Positions 49,519-59,602 of a DNA stretch of 64,000 nucleotides are shown in pieces. The position numbers and the translations under genes are program-made. This DNA comes from Microcoleaceae cyanobacterium (GTDB taxonomy: Bacteria > Cyanobacteriota > Cyanobacteriia > Cyanobacteriales > Microcoleaceae). The notes under the pieces were generated by a model, which saw only the letters and a program-made list of their open reading frames with translations, searched no databases and had not been told where the DNA came from. Positions within the stretch are counted from its first letter, which is position 1; every line of letters begins with the position of its first letter. Location: assembly GCA_051652765.1 (NCBI GenBank), contig JBOFUV010000148.1, positions 1 through 64,000 on the forward strand, read 5' to 3'.

Positions 49519-50716
49519 ATCAGATAAACTTCCATTTAGAATTAAACTGCCGTCGATCGCTTAATCATTAAACCGATAGATACACCCTGCTGAATATCAA
49601 ATACATTTTCATCCTTTGAACCATTGCTCGCAGTTTCTTTTTTCTTAGAATTACCATGCAAATCCAAAACCCGAATCCAATCAAATGTCTTCGCTAAACT
49701 CTGGCGCATTCCCCGAAAAGTTGGATTGTCTAAATAGCCATGATTCGTCACAAAGGCCAGAATTCCTACGCCCGTCCTATCAATCCGCCACTGTGAAAAG
49801 CGAATAAATTTGACGTAATCATCCTGCAACCATTTAGGGTTCTTCTCACCCAGCGGTAGACCATCAACCATATAGTAATCTTTTACTAAACCACTAACCC
49901 AAGCGCTTTTATTCTCTGAGTGTCCTGAATAAGGAGGATTTCCGACGATCACCATAACTGGCACATCGAGCTTTACACCTACGGCTTCATTGGCTTCATC
50001 CGCAATAAACTCCTGAAATAGCGTTTCCGAGCGCCGCTGAGCATCATCTAGCGTATTGGTTAGATAGACTCCTAGTCGTTTTCCACTATCAAACTGATAT
50101 CCTGTTTCTTCTAAAAACAATCCTAACTTAAGATGCGCGATCGCATAGGGAGCCATCAGCAACTCAAACCCAAAAATACGAGGCAACAATCGTTCTTTCA
50201 CATACCCCGACCACGATTTGTCATCTAAACCCACCGTTAGCAGATCTGGGTTCTCCTGAAACTTTCGATGAATCTCTTGAAAAATCCACAGCAAAAACGT
50301 TCCCGTTCCGCAGGCTGGGTCAAGGATCATCACTTCTGGGTCAGCCAACCCCAACGGTTTATCAAACTTCTCCTTCAGCAGAATATCGACAGACCGCACC
50401 ATGTAAGACACCACTGGTTCCGGCGTGTAGTAAACCCCTCGTCGCTCCCGCATTTTGGGCTTATAGGCTGCCAAAAAGTCTTCATAGAACCGAATCACAA
50501 TATCTTCGCGGTTCATCTTGGCGCGAAAGTCAGCCAAAATCGCATCCATCTTGGCAGCCCTAAGAATGCTAAAAACCTCAGCGATCGCGTCTGCCAGATC
50601 TTCACCCAACTCAGCGATCGGCTGCTGCGACACATCTCGGAATAGCCGTCTCAGAAAAGGGTTCGTCTCCGGCAATCGTTCCCAGGCATTCTGGCGGTTA
50701 AAATCTGTCTCCCGAC

Positions 50717-50755
50717 TCCCCTCTCTCCTCTTAGGAGAGGGGTTGGGGGTGAGGG
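50717..50755. repeat. small dispersed repeat inserted in frame in the MTase
   Basis: cccctctctcctcttaggagaggggttgggggtgaggg, encoding roughly TLTPNPSPKRREG. Confidence 0.75.
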
Positions 50756-51213
50756 TCTGCCGCTTTCGCTCATCCACGGTATAACTAAAGACCCTGGCCG
50801 TAAACAGCCCATAAGAAATTGTCTGAGCGTAGATGTCAGCAAAGCTGTAATCCTTATCGTTATCCGGTTTCAGCTTTAGCGTCGGCAGCAGTTCGCGCTG
50901 AAAGCTGGTCAACAAGGTGTGCAGATATCCATCCGATCGCTCTGCGTTATAAACAGTCGGAATCGCCTGCTCAATTGCGAGACACTTCCGCCAGTTTTTC
51001 AGCCAGTTCCTTAGCGGTTTCGATCGGCTTGTAAAACGCCCACTCAACCAGAGGAATCACCGATAACGCTTTGTTCTGCATCCGATCGGTTCGAGCCAGT
51101 TCAGATTGTCGCAACCGATTTAGCCGCGCCTGCAAATCTTGCTCCGTCCAGGCAAACGATTGAATCTGCCGTTGCCGCAATTTGCCCTCAGACGGCAGCA
51201 CCATCGCAATCCT

Positions 51214-51254
51214 GCCCTCCTCACCCCCAACTCCTCTCCCAGGTTGGGAGAGGG
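51214..51254. repeat. second copy of the same repeat family, opposite orientation, in frame
   Basis: cctcacccccaactcctctcccaggttgggagaggg, encoding roughly SLSQPGRGVGGE. Confidence 0.75.
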
Positions 51255-51729
51255 AAGATTCAGGCAGCAGCAGGTACATTACGGGCTGATTTGGCACAAT
51301 TCGACTGGTGTAATGCCCATAGATTTCCTTCTGCTGCTCGTCAGCCGTGAAAAATTGGAGAATTTCATCTTTGCTCAGGTGATGGAGTTCAGTATAGAAA
51401 CCAACGGCGATCGGGCAGGTGTCTGTTGCCTCATTTTCATCCGCTCCAGGTCGCAGAAACCAAAACCGGGAACCTTCTGGGTCACGCTGCTCAACGGGAT
51501 AGCCCAACAGTTGCCGTAGCGCCTCAACTTGGCTTTCTTGAGTCCCAGAAATAACAGATTGTAAATCTACAGCAGACATACAGGGCTGACCCACACAACG
51601 ATCTCCCCATCAGAATAGCTTATGGCTTGATGCTCGACTCAAGTTTTTGATTCATGGCTGTGCCGCTGTTGTAGCGCCTCATGCTAGAGTAAAAATGCCT
51701 GCCTCGACTTTGAACTATAGCTAAGAACC

Positions 51730-52485
51730 GTGGCTAAATTTTCTTTGTCACCGATTGAATTGAGTCCACTCAGTGTGATTTCTGGCACTCTTGGGCCGGA
51801 CAGCTTGTCAGGAACTCCAGAACCAGACACCATTGGTGGCGGGGCAGGGGATGATACGTTATTCGGACTCGAAGGAAATGACAATCTAAACGGCAATAAT
51901 GACAGCGATCTAATCTTTGGAAATCCGGGTGACGATATTATCAATGCCAGTGCCGGAAGAGACACTATCTATGGTGGAAAAGACAATGATCGCATCGATG
52001 CGGCAAGTGGACATCAGGCATTCGGGAACTTGGGCAATGACTTCCTGATTGGCAGTGGCTCTGCTACACTCTTCGGCGGACAGGGAAATGATTCTGTATT
52101 TGGGGGAGATGGAAATCAATTTTTGTCTGGCGATCGCGGTCAGGACACCCTGCGAGGAGATGTAGGAGATGACACCTTTATTGTGGCTAAAACGGCTGAT
52201 CCAGCAGAGATTCCCAATCGCACTGAAAATGCAGATATCATTGCTGGATTTAACAACAACGAAGACAAATTTGCTCTTGTCGGAACAACTTTTGAACAGT
52301 TAATCATTACCGAAATTACGTCTTTAGAGGTTAATGTTATCTTTGGTGCGGGACGTGCAGAAACTGCTTTCTCTCCAGGAACTGTCAAATTTCTCAAGAT
52401 TGAATCGGGTGGAGAAATCTTAGCGGTAACAGGGATTGGACAAGCTAATTTTAATCTCCAAGTTGATGACTTTGTTATTTTTTAA
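51730..52485 (+). CDS. RTX-type calcium-binding repeat protein
   Basis: Multiple GGxGxD nonapeptides (GGAGDDTL, GGKDND, GGQGND, GDRGQD); C-terminal DDFVIF. Confidence 0.88.
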   Translation: MAKFSLSPIELSPLSVISGTLGPDSLSGTPEPDTIGGGAGDDTLFGLEGNDNLNGNNDSDLIFGNPGDDIINASAGRDTIYGGKDNDRIDAASGHQAFGNLGNDFLIGSGSATLFGGQGNDSVFGGDGNQFLSGDRGQDTLRGDVGDDTFIVAKTADPAEIPNRTENADIIAGFNNNEDKFALVGTTFEQLIITEITSLEVNVIFGAGRAETAFSPGTVKFLKIESGGEILAVTGIGQANFNLQVDDFVIF

Positions 52486-52511
52486 TGGTAGTTTGAGACT
52501 GATCGGAAAAC

Positions 52512-52628
52512 TATGGCAATCCTAAAAATTCGTGAATTGCTGTTATGAATGGCTGTGGAGTGAGTATCTTACTGACACAGGCTAGAAGCCCGCTCCACAA
52601 ATCTCACACTTCACCCACGATTGTCATA
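52512..52628. repeat. MITE/REP-like element (tatggcaatc...gattgtcata termini, internal tgtggag...ctccaca stem)
   Basis: Imperfect terminal inverted repeats related to the element at 36780. Confidence 0.5.
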
Positions 52629-52664
52629 CCAAACCCAGTTTGATGAGAGGCAAAACCCAACTAG

Positions 52665-52715
52665 ACCCCTCCCAACCTCCCCTTGGCAAGGGGAGGTGCC
52701 GCAGGCGGTGGGGTG
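52665..52715. repeat. GC-rich dispersed hairpin repeat
   Basis: acccctcccaacctccccttggcaaggggaggtgccgcaggcggtggggt with stem acctcccctt/aaggggaggt; resembles the 50717/51214 family. Confidence 0.55.
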
Positions 52716-52772
52716 CTTATTGCTCCTTGGAGATCGGGATCTAACATCAGTTCAGTAACGCCTGAATCTTGA

Positions 52773-53468
52773 CTAGTTTAGCTTGAACTGCCGCTTGAGG
52801 CGACCTGCAAATAACACCAGAGTCGATAAACCTAAAACTGTTCCAGGTTCCGGAACGGCTTCGGGTTCTTTAGCGATCAAGTCATCGATTGGAACATTGT
52901 GCTGAGCGATCACAATTCGAGCATCCGGAGCCGAATTAGCCAGCAACTCTGAAACTTGCTTGAGGCTGTCTCCGCTGAAGAACTGCGGCAGATCCTGAAC
53001 GGTGACATCCGCGATGAATTCTGCGTCATAGCCTTTCCCGGATTCGCCAAATACAGTGTTGCTCGTGAACTGAATCGCCTCTGCTGAGAAATCTTCAAAC
53101 AAACCACCGACAACCTTAAGAGCGTCTGGGCTGGCTTCTGGAAAAACGTCCGTCAGGTTGATTGCCGTGTTGAATCCGGTGAAGATCTCGCTGACTCTGG
53201 CAATCTCGGGATCGAAGAATTCAACCCACCCAAGGGGTTCAAAGATGTTAGGGGGGCAGGACGTACATACAGGGCCGATAATATCCTCTAGATCTAGCAC
53301 AGGGATCTCAAACGTGGTTCGGTCTTCGAGGATGAAGTCTGCAAAGGGTGTCTCAATTCTGGTTGGATACACCACCTCAATTTGCGCTTCGGCCTTTTTT
53401 GTATCAACGACTAGGGTGGAGAGGCCCACAACAGTTGAAAGAACGGCAATTGTAACTTGCTTCAACAT
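52773..53468 (-). CDS. PEP-CTERM sorting-domain exported protein
   Basis: Signal peptide ending AEA; C-terminal VPEPGTVLGLSTLVLFAGRLKRQ. Confidence 0.88.
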   Translation of the reverse strand: MLKQVTIAVLSTVVGLSTLVVDTKKAEAQIEVVYPTRIETPFADFILEDRTTFEIPVLDLEDIIGPVCTSCPPNIFEPLGWVEFFDPEIARVSEIFTGFNTAINLTDVFPEASPDALKVVGGLFEDFSAEAIQFTSNTVFGESGKGYDAEFIADVTVQDLPQFFSGDSLKQVSELLANSAPDARIVIAQHNVPIDDLIAKEPEAVPEPGTVLGLSTLVLFAGRLKRQFKLN

Positions 53469-53627
53469 GACTCTCAGACTCCAGGGCTAAAGTTTACAGT
53501 GGATTTGCGGTGATAGCTCTACTGTAAGAACCTTTGCTTCTGAGCAACAGTCCCTTCTTTGAGTGTCACTCATTTGGGGGACTGGACAGATTTTAATCAT
53601 GAGAATCATCACTTTATGAAAATTGTA

Positions 53628-53659
53628 AATTCCCTTTAAATCAAAATTTAAAGGGAATT
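53628..53659. terminator. hairpin downstream of msrA
   Basis: aattccctttaaat-caaa-atttaaagggaatt, a 14-bp perfect stem. Confidence 0.6.
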
Positions 53660-53685
53660 GAGGGCAAACTATTAGTTACTAATAA

Positions 53686-54342
53686 TTACGAAGCTACAGT
53701 CATAGCCGGTAACTGAACTTTTGTTCCGCCCAAACCACAGTAACCATTGGGATTCTTGGCCAAATATTGCTGGTGGTACTCTTCCGCATAATAGAACTCT
53801 GGCGCATCTAGAATTTCAGTCGTAATTTTGCCTTGCCCTGCCGCCGTTAACGCTTCCTGATAGGCATCCCTGGACGCTTCTGCGAGTTGGCGTTGTGCTG
53901 CAGAGTAAACGTAGATGCCAGAACGGTATTGAGTGCCTGTATCATTGCCCTGGCGCATTCCTTGGGTCGGGTTGTGGCTCTCCCAGAACAGTTTGAGCAA
54001 TTGTTGGCAGCTAACGACCTGTGGATCGTAAACGACAAGAACGACTTCGTTATGTCCCGTCATTCCGGTGCAGACTTCCTGGTAACTCGGGTTTGGAGTT
54101 CCGCCCGCTGCGTAGCCTACTGCCGTACTGAAAACTCCCTCTGCCTGCCAAAACTTACGCTCTGCCCCCCAGAAGCAGCCCATGCCAAATATTATCGTTT
54201 CCATACCTTGCGGGAAAGGAGGCTTTAGCGGATTGCCATTGACGTAGTGCTTTTCAGGCACGGGCATCTGTGCAGTTCGTCCGGGTAAAGCCTCATTAGG
54301 CCCTGGTATTTCCAACTTTTTGCCGAATCCAAAGAGTCCCAT
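53686..54342 (-). CDS. msrA: peptide-methionine (S)-S-oxide reductase
   Basis: [35 protein letters not shown]. Confidence 0.97.
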   Translation of the reverse strand: MGLFGFGKKLEIPGPNEALPGRTAQMPVPEKHYVNGNPLKPPFPQGMETIIFGMGCFWGAERKFWQAEGVFSTAVGYAAGGTPNPSYQEVCTGMTGHNEVVLVVYDPQVVSCQQLLKLFWESHNPTQGMRQGNDTGTQYRSGIYVYSAAQRQLAEASRDAYQEALTAAGQGKITTEILDAPEFYYAEEYHQQYLAKNPNGYCGLGGTKVQLPAMTVAS

Positions 54343-54430
54343 AGTGTTCAAGTAGAATTTCTAAATCGTAACTTAATATCACTTAACATTGTAGCGTTTA
54401 GATTGGTTATGATAATTTCTATGCAACCGC

Positions 54431-54982
54431 ATGACTGAACTTCTAGATCAAAATTCCCCAGAGTTCGTAATGAGAGATGTATCTGCCTCAGTCTGTCCAG
54501 TTCCATTTGAACAACGCCCTGTCAACGAATATCTCGAGCTGAGGGAGTCCTGGTTATTCAACTGGGTAACCTTAGACTGGCCTCAATACCTGCGAAAGCT
54601 GAGTTGGGTCTGGGGATGGAGTTGGTTAATCTGTGGCCCTGTCGCGGCTGCGAGCTTTGCTCCCCAGAAATATTGGGTCAAGTTTCTACTGACAGGCGGA
54701 GCAGGTGCAAGCCTGATTTTGACCCTGTTTGTGGTGCGACTTTACCTGGGCTGGGTCTACATCCAATCCCGCCTCAAAAGCCCGATGGTTTTTTATGAGG
54801 AATCAGGCTGGTATGATGGTCAAACCTGGGCAAAAACCCCGGAATTCTTAGCTCAAGACCAATTGATTCTGACTTATCAAGTTCAGCCCCTCCTAATGCG
54901 ACTCCAGCAGACCTTTTGCGGGTTAAGTATGTTAGTTGTTGTTGGCGGGCTGGGTTGGCTTGGTGCTTACTTCACTAATTGA
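54431..54982 (+). CDS. CGLD27/Ycf36 (DUF1230) membrane protein
   Basis: CPVPFEQRPVNEY, RLYLGW, YEESGWYDGQTW. Confidence 0.92.
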   Translation: MTELLDQNSPEFVMRDVSASVCPVPFEQRPVNEYLELRESWLFNWVTLDWPQYLRKLSWVWGWSWLICGPVAAASFAPQKYWVKFLLTGGAGASLILTLFVVRLYLGWVYIQSRLKSPMVFYEESGWYDGQTWAKTPEFLAQDQLILTYQVQPLLMRLQQTFCGLSMLVVVGGLGWLGAYFTN

Positions 54983-54983
54983 A

Positions 54984-55937
54984 ATGACAAGGGCAAGGCG
55001 AACACAAACGGCAGAATTACAAGTTAGGCTTTTACGAGAAGGGATTTCAGAAGCAGTTCATCATGTTCAAGCAACGGTGTGCGACTGTCGCGGTCGAATT
55101 TTGTCTGTTGCGGGGAGTGCTGATACTGGAACATTTGTCCGTTCTGCTCTCAAGCCCTTCCAGGCTCTTGCGATGACCACGACTGGAACTTTAGAGCGCT
55201 ATGACCTGACTGATCGAGATTTGGCCATCGTTTGCAGTTCTCATCAGGGCACTATTGAACAGGCTCGACAAGCGTTTAATATTCTCTGGCGATGTGACAT
55301 TGAACCGGTTCAGCTCAAATGTCCAACCCCTCCAAAACAGCGTAGCCCTCTACAACATGGCTGTTCAGGAAAACATGCAGGCATGTTGGCCGTGTGTAAA
55401 CAGCGACACTGGCCACTCGAAACCTATACTCAGCTCAAGCATCCCGTCCAACAACTCATTCTCAGTAAAATTGCTGAGCTTTTAAAACTTCCAGCGGATG
55501 AATTTATCGGGGCCAGAGACGACTGTACTGCGCCAACTTACTTTATGGAGTTGGGACAAATTGCGACCCTCTATGCTCAGCTTGCCTCCGGTGACAGCCT
55601 GGATATGGAACGGATTGTTCGTGCTATGACTCAGCATTCTGAAATGGTAGCGGGCGAAGGACATTTTGATACAGAATTGATGCGCTTGACCAGTGGAGAG
55701 CTGATCAGTAAATCGGGAGCGGAAGGCGTTCAGTGTGTTGGTCGGATCGGAGAAGGGATGGGTCTAGCAATTAAGGCGCTAGATGGTGCTAAGCGGGCTA
55801 AGTACGCAGTTGCTATCCACGTCTTGAAACAAATGGGTTGGATCACTCCTGCGATCGCTGAGACGTTGTCAGACCAATATTTGACCTTGAGTGATTTTAA
55901 ACGCTTGGAGGTTACTGGAGAACTCTCAATGATTTAG
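54984..55937 (+). CDS. L-asparaginase II family protein
   Basis: RSALKPFQA, CSSHQG, HGCSGKHAGML, SKSGAEG; start placed at MTRARR. Confidence 0.9.
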   Translation: MTRARRTQTAELQVRLLREGISEAVHHVQATVCDCRGRILSVAGSADTGTFVRSALKPFQALAMTTTGTLERYDLTDRDLAIVCSSHQGTIEQARQAFNILWRCDIEPVQLKCPTPPKQRSPLQHGCSGKHAGMLAVCKQRHWPLETYTQLKHPVQQLILSKIAELLKLPADEFIGARDDCTAPTYFMELGQIATLYAQLASGDSLDMERIVRAMTQHSEMVAGEGHFDTELMRLTSGELISKSGAEGVQCVGRIGEGMGLAIKALDGAKRAKYAVAIHVLKQMGWITPAIAETLSDQYLTLSDFKRLEVTGELSMI

Positions 55938-56278
55938 GGGTTTGCTTGGGAGTTTGTCCAGGGTTCTTCACTGACAATTGCTGTCATGTTTTTTGCCCCA
56001 TGGACAGCTTAAGCGTTCCGTGACTGTAAAGGCTTCAATTGTTATGAGCATTTATACTCGCTTACTTAAGTCAGTACTTACTTAAGTAAGCACTTAAGGT
56101 GAAACTGAATAAAAATCACTGAATAAAAATTATTGTTAAGATTCAAATCTAGAATTCAAATCTAGAATTCAAAAATTATAAGGCTTCTAAAATAAAGGGT
56201 GTTGCTGTTTGTGTTTCCACAAAAGACTAACAGAACTAAACATCGACAGCACTACTGACGGGACAATTTGGATTCAGT

Positions 56279-57616
56279 TCAGCGAGACTGAACGACCATC
56301 TTCAACGAATTGGGAGGGGCAATTGTTAATCCTCGGCGCACAGGCTTGAGGGACTGATGGTTGACTAAGGTTAAATTCCAATTGACCAGCAGGGTTGCTA
56401 AAACTAATTTCATCTCCATCATTGCCAACGCCGCTCCAATACACCGCCGATGCCCTCCCCCAAAGGGCAAGTATTCAGAAGGCGAAAATTGACGTTCTAG
56501 GAAGCGCTCTGGCCTGAACTGTTTTGGGTTCGGGTACAAATCCTCGCGATGATGCACCAAATAGACCGAGGGAAATAGCACGGTTCCTGCCTCAAACCGA
56601 TATTGCATCACCTGCAACGGCGCAGTCAACTGTCGGACTCCAGTCATCAACGCAATCGGATAAATCCGCAAGGTTTCCTGACACACGGCAGTCAAGTAGG
56701 GCAAGCGATTCACCACATCAGGATCAGGATTTTGTCCCAGGCTCTCCAACTCTTGTTGCAACCTTTCTCCAACCTCTGGCAGATCATGAATCCAGTAAAT
56801 TGCCCAAGCTAGAGCTGAAGCCGTTGTCTCATGTCCCGCCACCAACAAAGTCATCAATTCATCCCGCAACTCCTGCTCCGTCATGGGTTGACCCGCCTCA
56901 TCCCGCGCTGCCAATAGCATAGAGAGGATATCGTGACCAGAACCATTGCCCTGATCCTGGCGATCGCGAATTTCAGCATAAATCAACTGATCCACCTGTT
57001 GCTTTTGGCGCATGAATCGACCCCAAGGACTCCAAGCACCCCAGTCTCGCCGCAACGTCCTAAAGAAAATTAATCCAGCGCCCCAGGGAGAACCCATTAA
57101 ATCCAACAGAGAGCTCAACAACGTCTTGAGCTGGTCGTAGCGTTGACCTTGATCTAGTCCAAAGACCACCTTCAAAATCACACTCAAGGTAATGTCCTGC
57201 ATCACAGACCGCACTGGAATTGGAATTCCAGGGGGAACCTGAGTCATTGCTTCCTGGGTAATTTGGCTAATCAGCTCACTACATGACCGCAGGCGATCGC
57301 CATGAAACGGCGGCATCAGCAATTTGCGCTGACGTTGGTGGCGATCGCCATCCAGTAATAGCACAGAAGTCTCTCCCAACAGGGTTTCCAGCACCCCACC
57401 GGCGACCTGACCTGTTTGAAATTGAGTGGCGGGGGCATTCAGTACAGCTTGAATGGCTTCAGGATGACAGAGGTAAATCGCGGGTTGGGCCGCGCTGCCG
57501 ACGCAGAAGAAGTCCCCATAGCGTTGGTGGTAATCTTCCAGGTACTCTAACGGGCGAGTGACCAGCTTGACCATTCGCCAGAATCGAGGAGTTGTCGGGC
57601 CGTCTGGGAGTTGCAT
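56279..57616 (-). CDS. cytochrome P450 (CYP110-like)
   Basis: AGHETT, ETLR, PERF, FGGGHRRCIG haem motif. Confidence 0.95.
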   Translation of the reverse strand: MQLPDGPTTPRFWRMVKLVTRPLEYLEDYHQRYGDFFCVGSAAQPAIYLCHPEAIQAVLNAPATQFQTGQVAGGVLETLLGETSVLLLDGDRHQRQRKLLMPPFHGDRLRSCSELISQITQEAMTQVPPGIPIPVRSVMQDITLSVILKVVFGLDQGQRYDQLKTLLSSLLDLMGSPWGAGLIFFRTLRRDWGAWSPWGRFMRQKQQVDQLIYAEIRDRQDQGNGSGHDILSMLLAARDEAGQPMTEQELRDELMTLLVAGHETTASALAWAIYWIHDLPEVGERLQQELESLGQNPDPDVVNRLPYLTAVCQETLRIYPIALMTGVRQLTAPLQVMQYRFEAGTVLFPSVYLVHHREDLYPNPKQFRPERFLERQFSPSEYLPFGGGHRRCIGAALAMMEMKLVLATLLVNWNLTLVNHQSLKPVRRGLTIAPPNSLKMVVQSR

Positions 57617-57804
57617 AGATGGGTTCCTGGGGTGAGTTTTCTAGTATTTTTTAAGGGTCTTTTGTGGTTTTCTATTTAACAACTTATGCCAAATTTCTGA
57701 GAGACTTCTGACAACTTAATCAGCCCAGTTTAATGGCTCTTCTCCATAATTTTCCCCCCGCTGCAACCCAGTCGCTTATTCCGGGTTTAACTCCTTAGCC
57801 CTGT

Positions 57805-58485
57805 CTAGTTGCTGTTGAAAGGCGGAATTTCGGGAGAGGATAAGCCAGTTTGTAAGGTGGTAAGCACTTGAGACATCTCTCCTGCCAAGAGCGCTGTTGC
57901 GGCTAACCATAGCCCTGGAAATACCCGACTTTGAATCACGCTATCGTCTGTAGCCAGAGAAATGTACTCGCCGCCTTCCAGAAAAAACCAATCCAATCTG
58001 CGATCGCTCACCTGCCAAACAATATATTCTTTGACTCCATTACGTCGATAAGCTCGTTTTTTGTCCCGCAGATCAATGGTGGCGGTGCTGGCAGAAATCT
58101 CGGCAACGAGTTCCGGCGCACCTGCAATATAACCATCAGAACTGAGACAGGATTGCCCTCCCCATTGGCGATCAATCAACAACACAGCATCGGGCTGAGG
58201 TTCGTTGTCGAGGTCTAGCCGCACCGTAGGATTGTCGCCTAAACGAACCCCCGGAGTCGCAACTTTGTAAGTTCCTAACCAGATCATTAAGTCGGCATGG
58301 GGTTCGGCGTGGGGCTCAAATCTCAGGGGAGAGGCCATGTAGACAATTCCTTCAATCAGTTCGGCTTTTTTGAGATTAGGCATGGCTGTGTAGCGTCGTT
58401 CAAATTCTGGATAGGTGAGACAATCACCATTCTCCAAGGGCGGAGTGGAAGTACACATGTTCTCTGGGCGCTGAATTGTCACCAT
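57805..58485 (-). CDS. Uma2 family endonuclease
   Basis: KAELIEGIVYM, EPQPD, PELVAEI, YRRNGVKEY, SRVFPGL. Confidence 0.92.
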   Translation of the reverse strand: MVTIQRPENMCTSTPPLENGDCLTYPEFERRYTAMPNLKKAELIEGIVYMASPLRFEPHAEPHADLMIWLGTYKVATPGVRLGDNPTVRLDLDNEPQPDAVLLIDRQWGGQSCLSSDGYIAGAPELVAEISASTATIDLRDKKRAYRRNGVKEYIVWQVSDRRLDWFFLEGGEYISLATDDSVIQSRVFPGLWLAATALLAGEMSQVLTTLQTGLSSPEIPPFNSN

Positions 58486-58633
58486 CTTTGCCTCCGATAA
58501 TTCCTGTAGCTCTCTGCCCGATTGACTGATTTAAGGAACGCCAAATACCCTTAATCTCCCAGCCAAAGTTAACCTTCTCTCATTTTAGGTTCTGATCAAG
58601 TTCCGAGTCAGAGTTAATGGGTTTAAATCTTTT

Positions 58634-59593
58634 TTATTTATACTGAACTCGGGGATCGAGAATACCATACAAAATATCAGCCACTAAGTTAAAAATCACC
58701 ACTAAAATTGCATAGATAAATGTGACTGCCATCACGACAGGAGTATCACTGCGATAGATGGAATCAATTAACAAAGCTCCAATTCCAGGAATCCGAAAGA
58801 TTTGTTCGGTAACCAAGGCTCCCGTAAATAAACTGGGAATATCTAAGGCAATTAAGGTGACAACTGGAATCAAAGCATTGCGTAAAATGTGAGCGCTGAT
58901 TACCCGAAAATTTGACAATCCTTTAGCATAGGCGGTGCGGACATAATCTTGATTTAATTGCTCTAACATTGCCGATCGAATATGTCGCATTAGTACTGCT
59001 GTTTGAAATAACGCTAGAACAGTAACGGGCATAATCGATTGTCGGATCTGCTCAATCAAAGTTTGCCAATTGGTCACCTGCAACGTGCTGTTATAGATAA
59101 ATGGAAACCAGTTGAGCTGAACACTAAAAATAATAATAAATAATAATCCCGTAAAAAATGGCGGTAAAGAAAATCCTAAAAATGCAAACGTGGTTACAAT
59201 TTGATCAAAACTCGAATAGCGTTTCAAGGCTGACAAGATTCCTAAAGGGAAGGCAATTAACAGCGCTAAACTATAAGCAGACCCAGCAATCCACAGGGTT
59301 GTCGGGAGTCGTTGCAGAATCAGTTCACTGACGGGACTGCGACTCGTGAACGAATACCCCATGTCTCCCTGCAAAAATGCCCAAAGCCATTTGACATATC
59401 GAACTGGAATGGGTTGATCTAAGCCCAGCGATCGCCGAATATTTTCTCGCACTTCCGCCGTAATTGAAGGATTAGTCGCAAACTCACTCATCGGATCGCC
59501 CGGTGCAAGAGCGAGAATTGCGAATACAACAATGCTAATCGCAACCAGAGTTGGAATCGTACTCAGCAAGCGATTGAACAGATATCGAGTCAC
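58634..59593 (-). CDS. peptide/nickel ABC transporter permease (DppB/OppB family)
   Basis: LAPGDP, GDMGYS, DYVRTAYAKGL, HILRNALIP, LDPRVQY. Confidence 0.93.
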   Translation of the reverse strand: MTRYLFNRLLSTIPTLVAISIVVFAILALAPGDPMSEFATNPSITAEVRENIRRSLGLDQPIPVRYVKWLWAFLQGDMGYSFTSRSPVSELILQRLPTTLWIAGSAYSLALLIAFPLGILSALKRYSSFDQIVTTFAFLGFSLPPFFTGLLFIIIFSVQLNWFPFIYNSTLQVTNWQTLIEQIRQSIMPVTVLALFQTAVLMRHIRSAMLEQLNQDYVRTAYAKGLSNFRVISAHILRNALIPVVTLIALDIPSLFTGALVTEQIFRIPGIGALLIDSIYRSDTPVVMAVTFIYAILVVIFNLVADILYGILDPRVQYK

Positions 59594-59602
59594 CTTAAGG
59601 TA

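Larger units (their letters stand above)
49542..51594 (-). pseudogene. N6-adenine methyltransferase part of a Type ISP/IIG-like enzyme, frameshifted near 50971-50980
   Basis: The upstream frame ends ...AKELAEKLAEVSRN* and the downstream frame resumes IEQAIP...; FADIYAQT, RGVYYTP, LDPACGTG, GNPPY, DLHG, NVFDIQQGV motifs. Confidence 0.8.

Noticed and set aside
50965..50990. Programmed ribosomal frameshift or phase variation in the MTase
   Set aside because: There is no slippery heptamer or homopolymer run at the junction (TCT CGC AAT TGA), so a mutation or sequencing error is more likely.
45228..51594. Calling the helicase/PLD/MTase locus DISARM or BREX
   Set aside because: No DrmA, DrmB (DUF1998), PglZ or BrxC is present, the PLD is fused to the helicase, and the MTase/TRD resemble Type ISP/IIG.
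55938..56278. RNA gene after the asparaginase
   Set aside because: Only AT-rich tandem duplications and a short palindrome (cttacttaagtaag) are present, with no tRNA structure.
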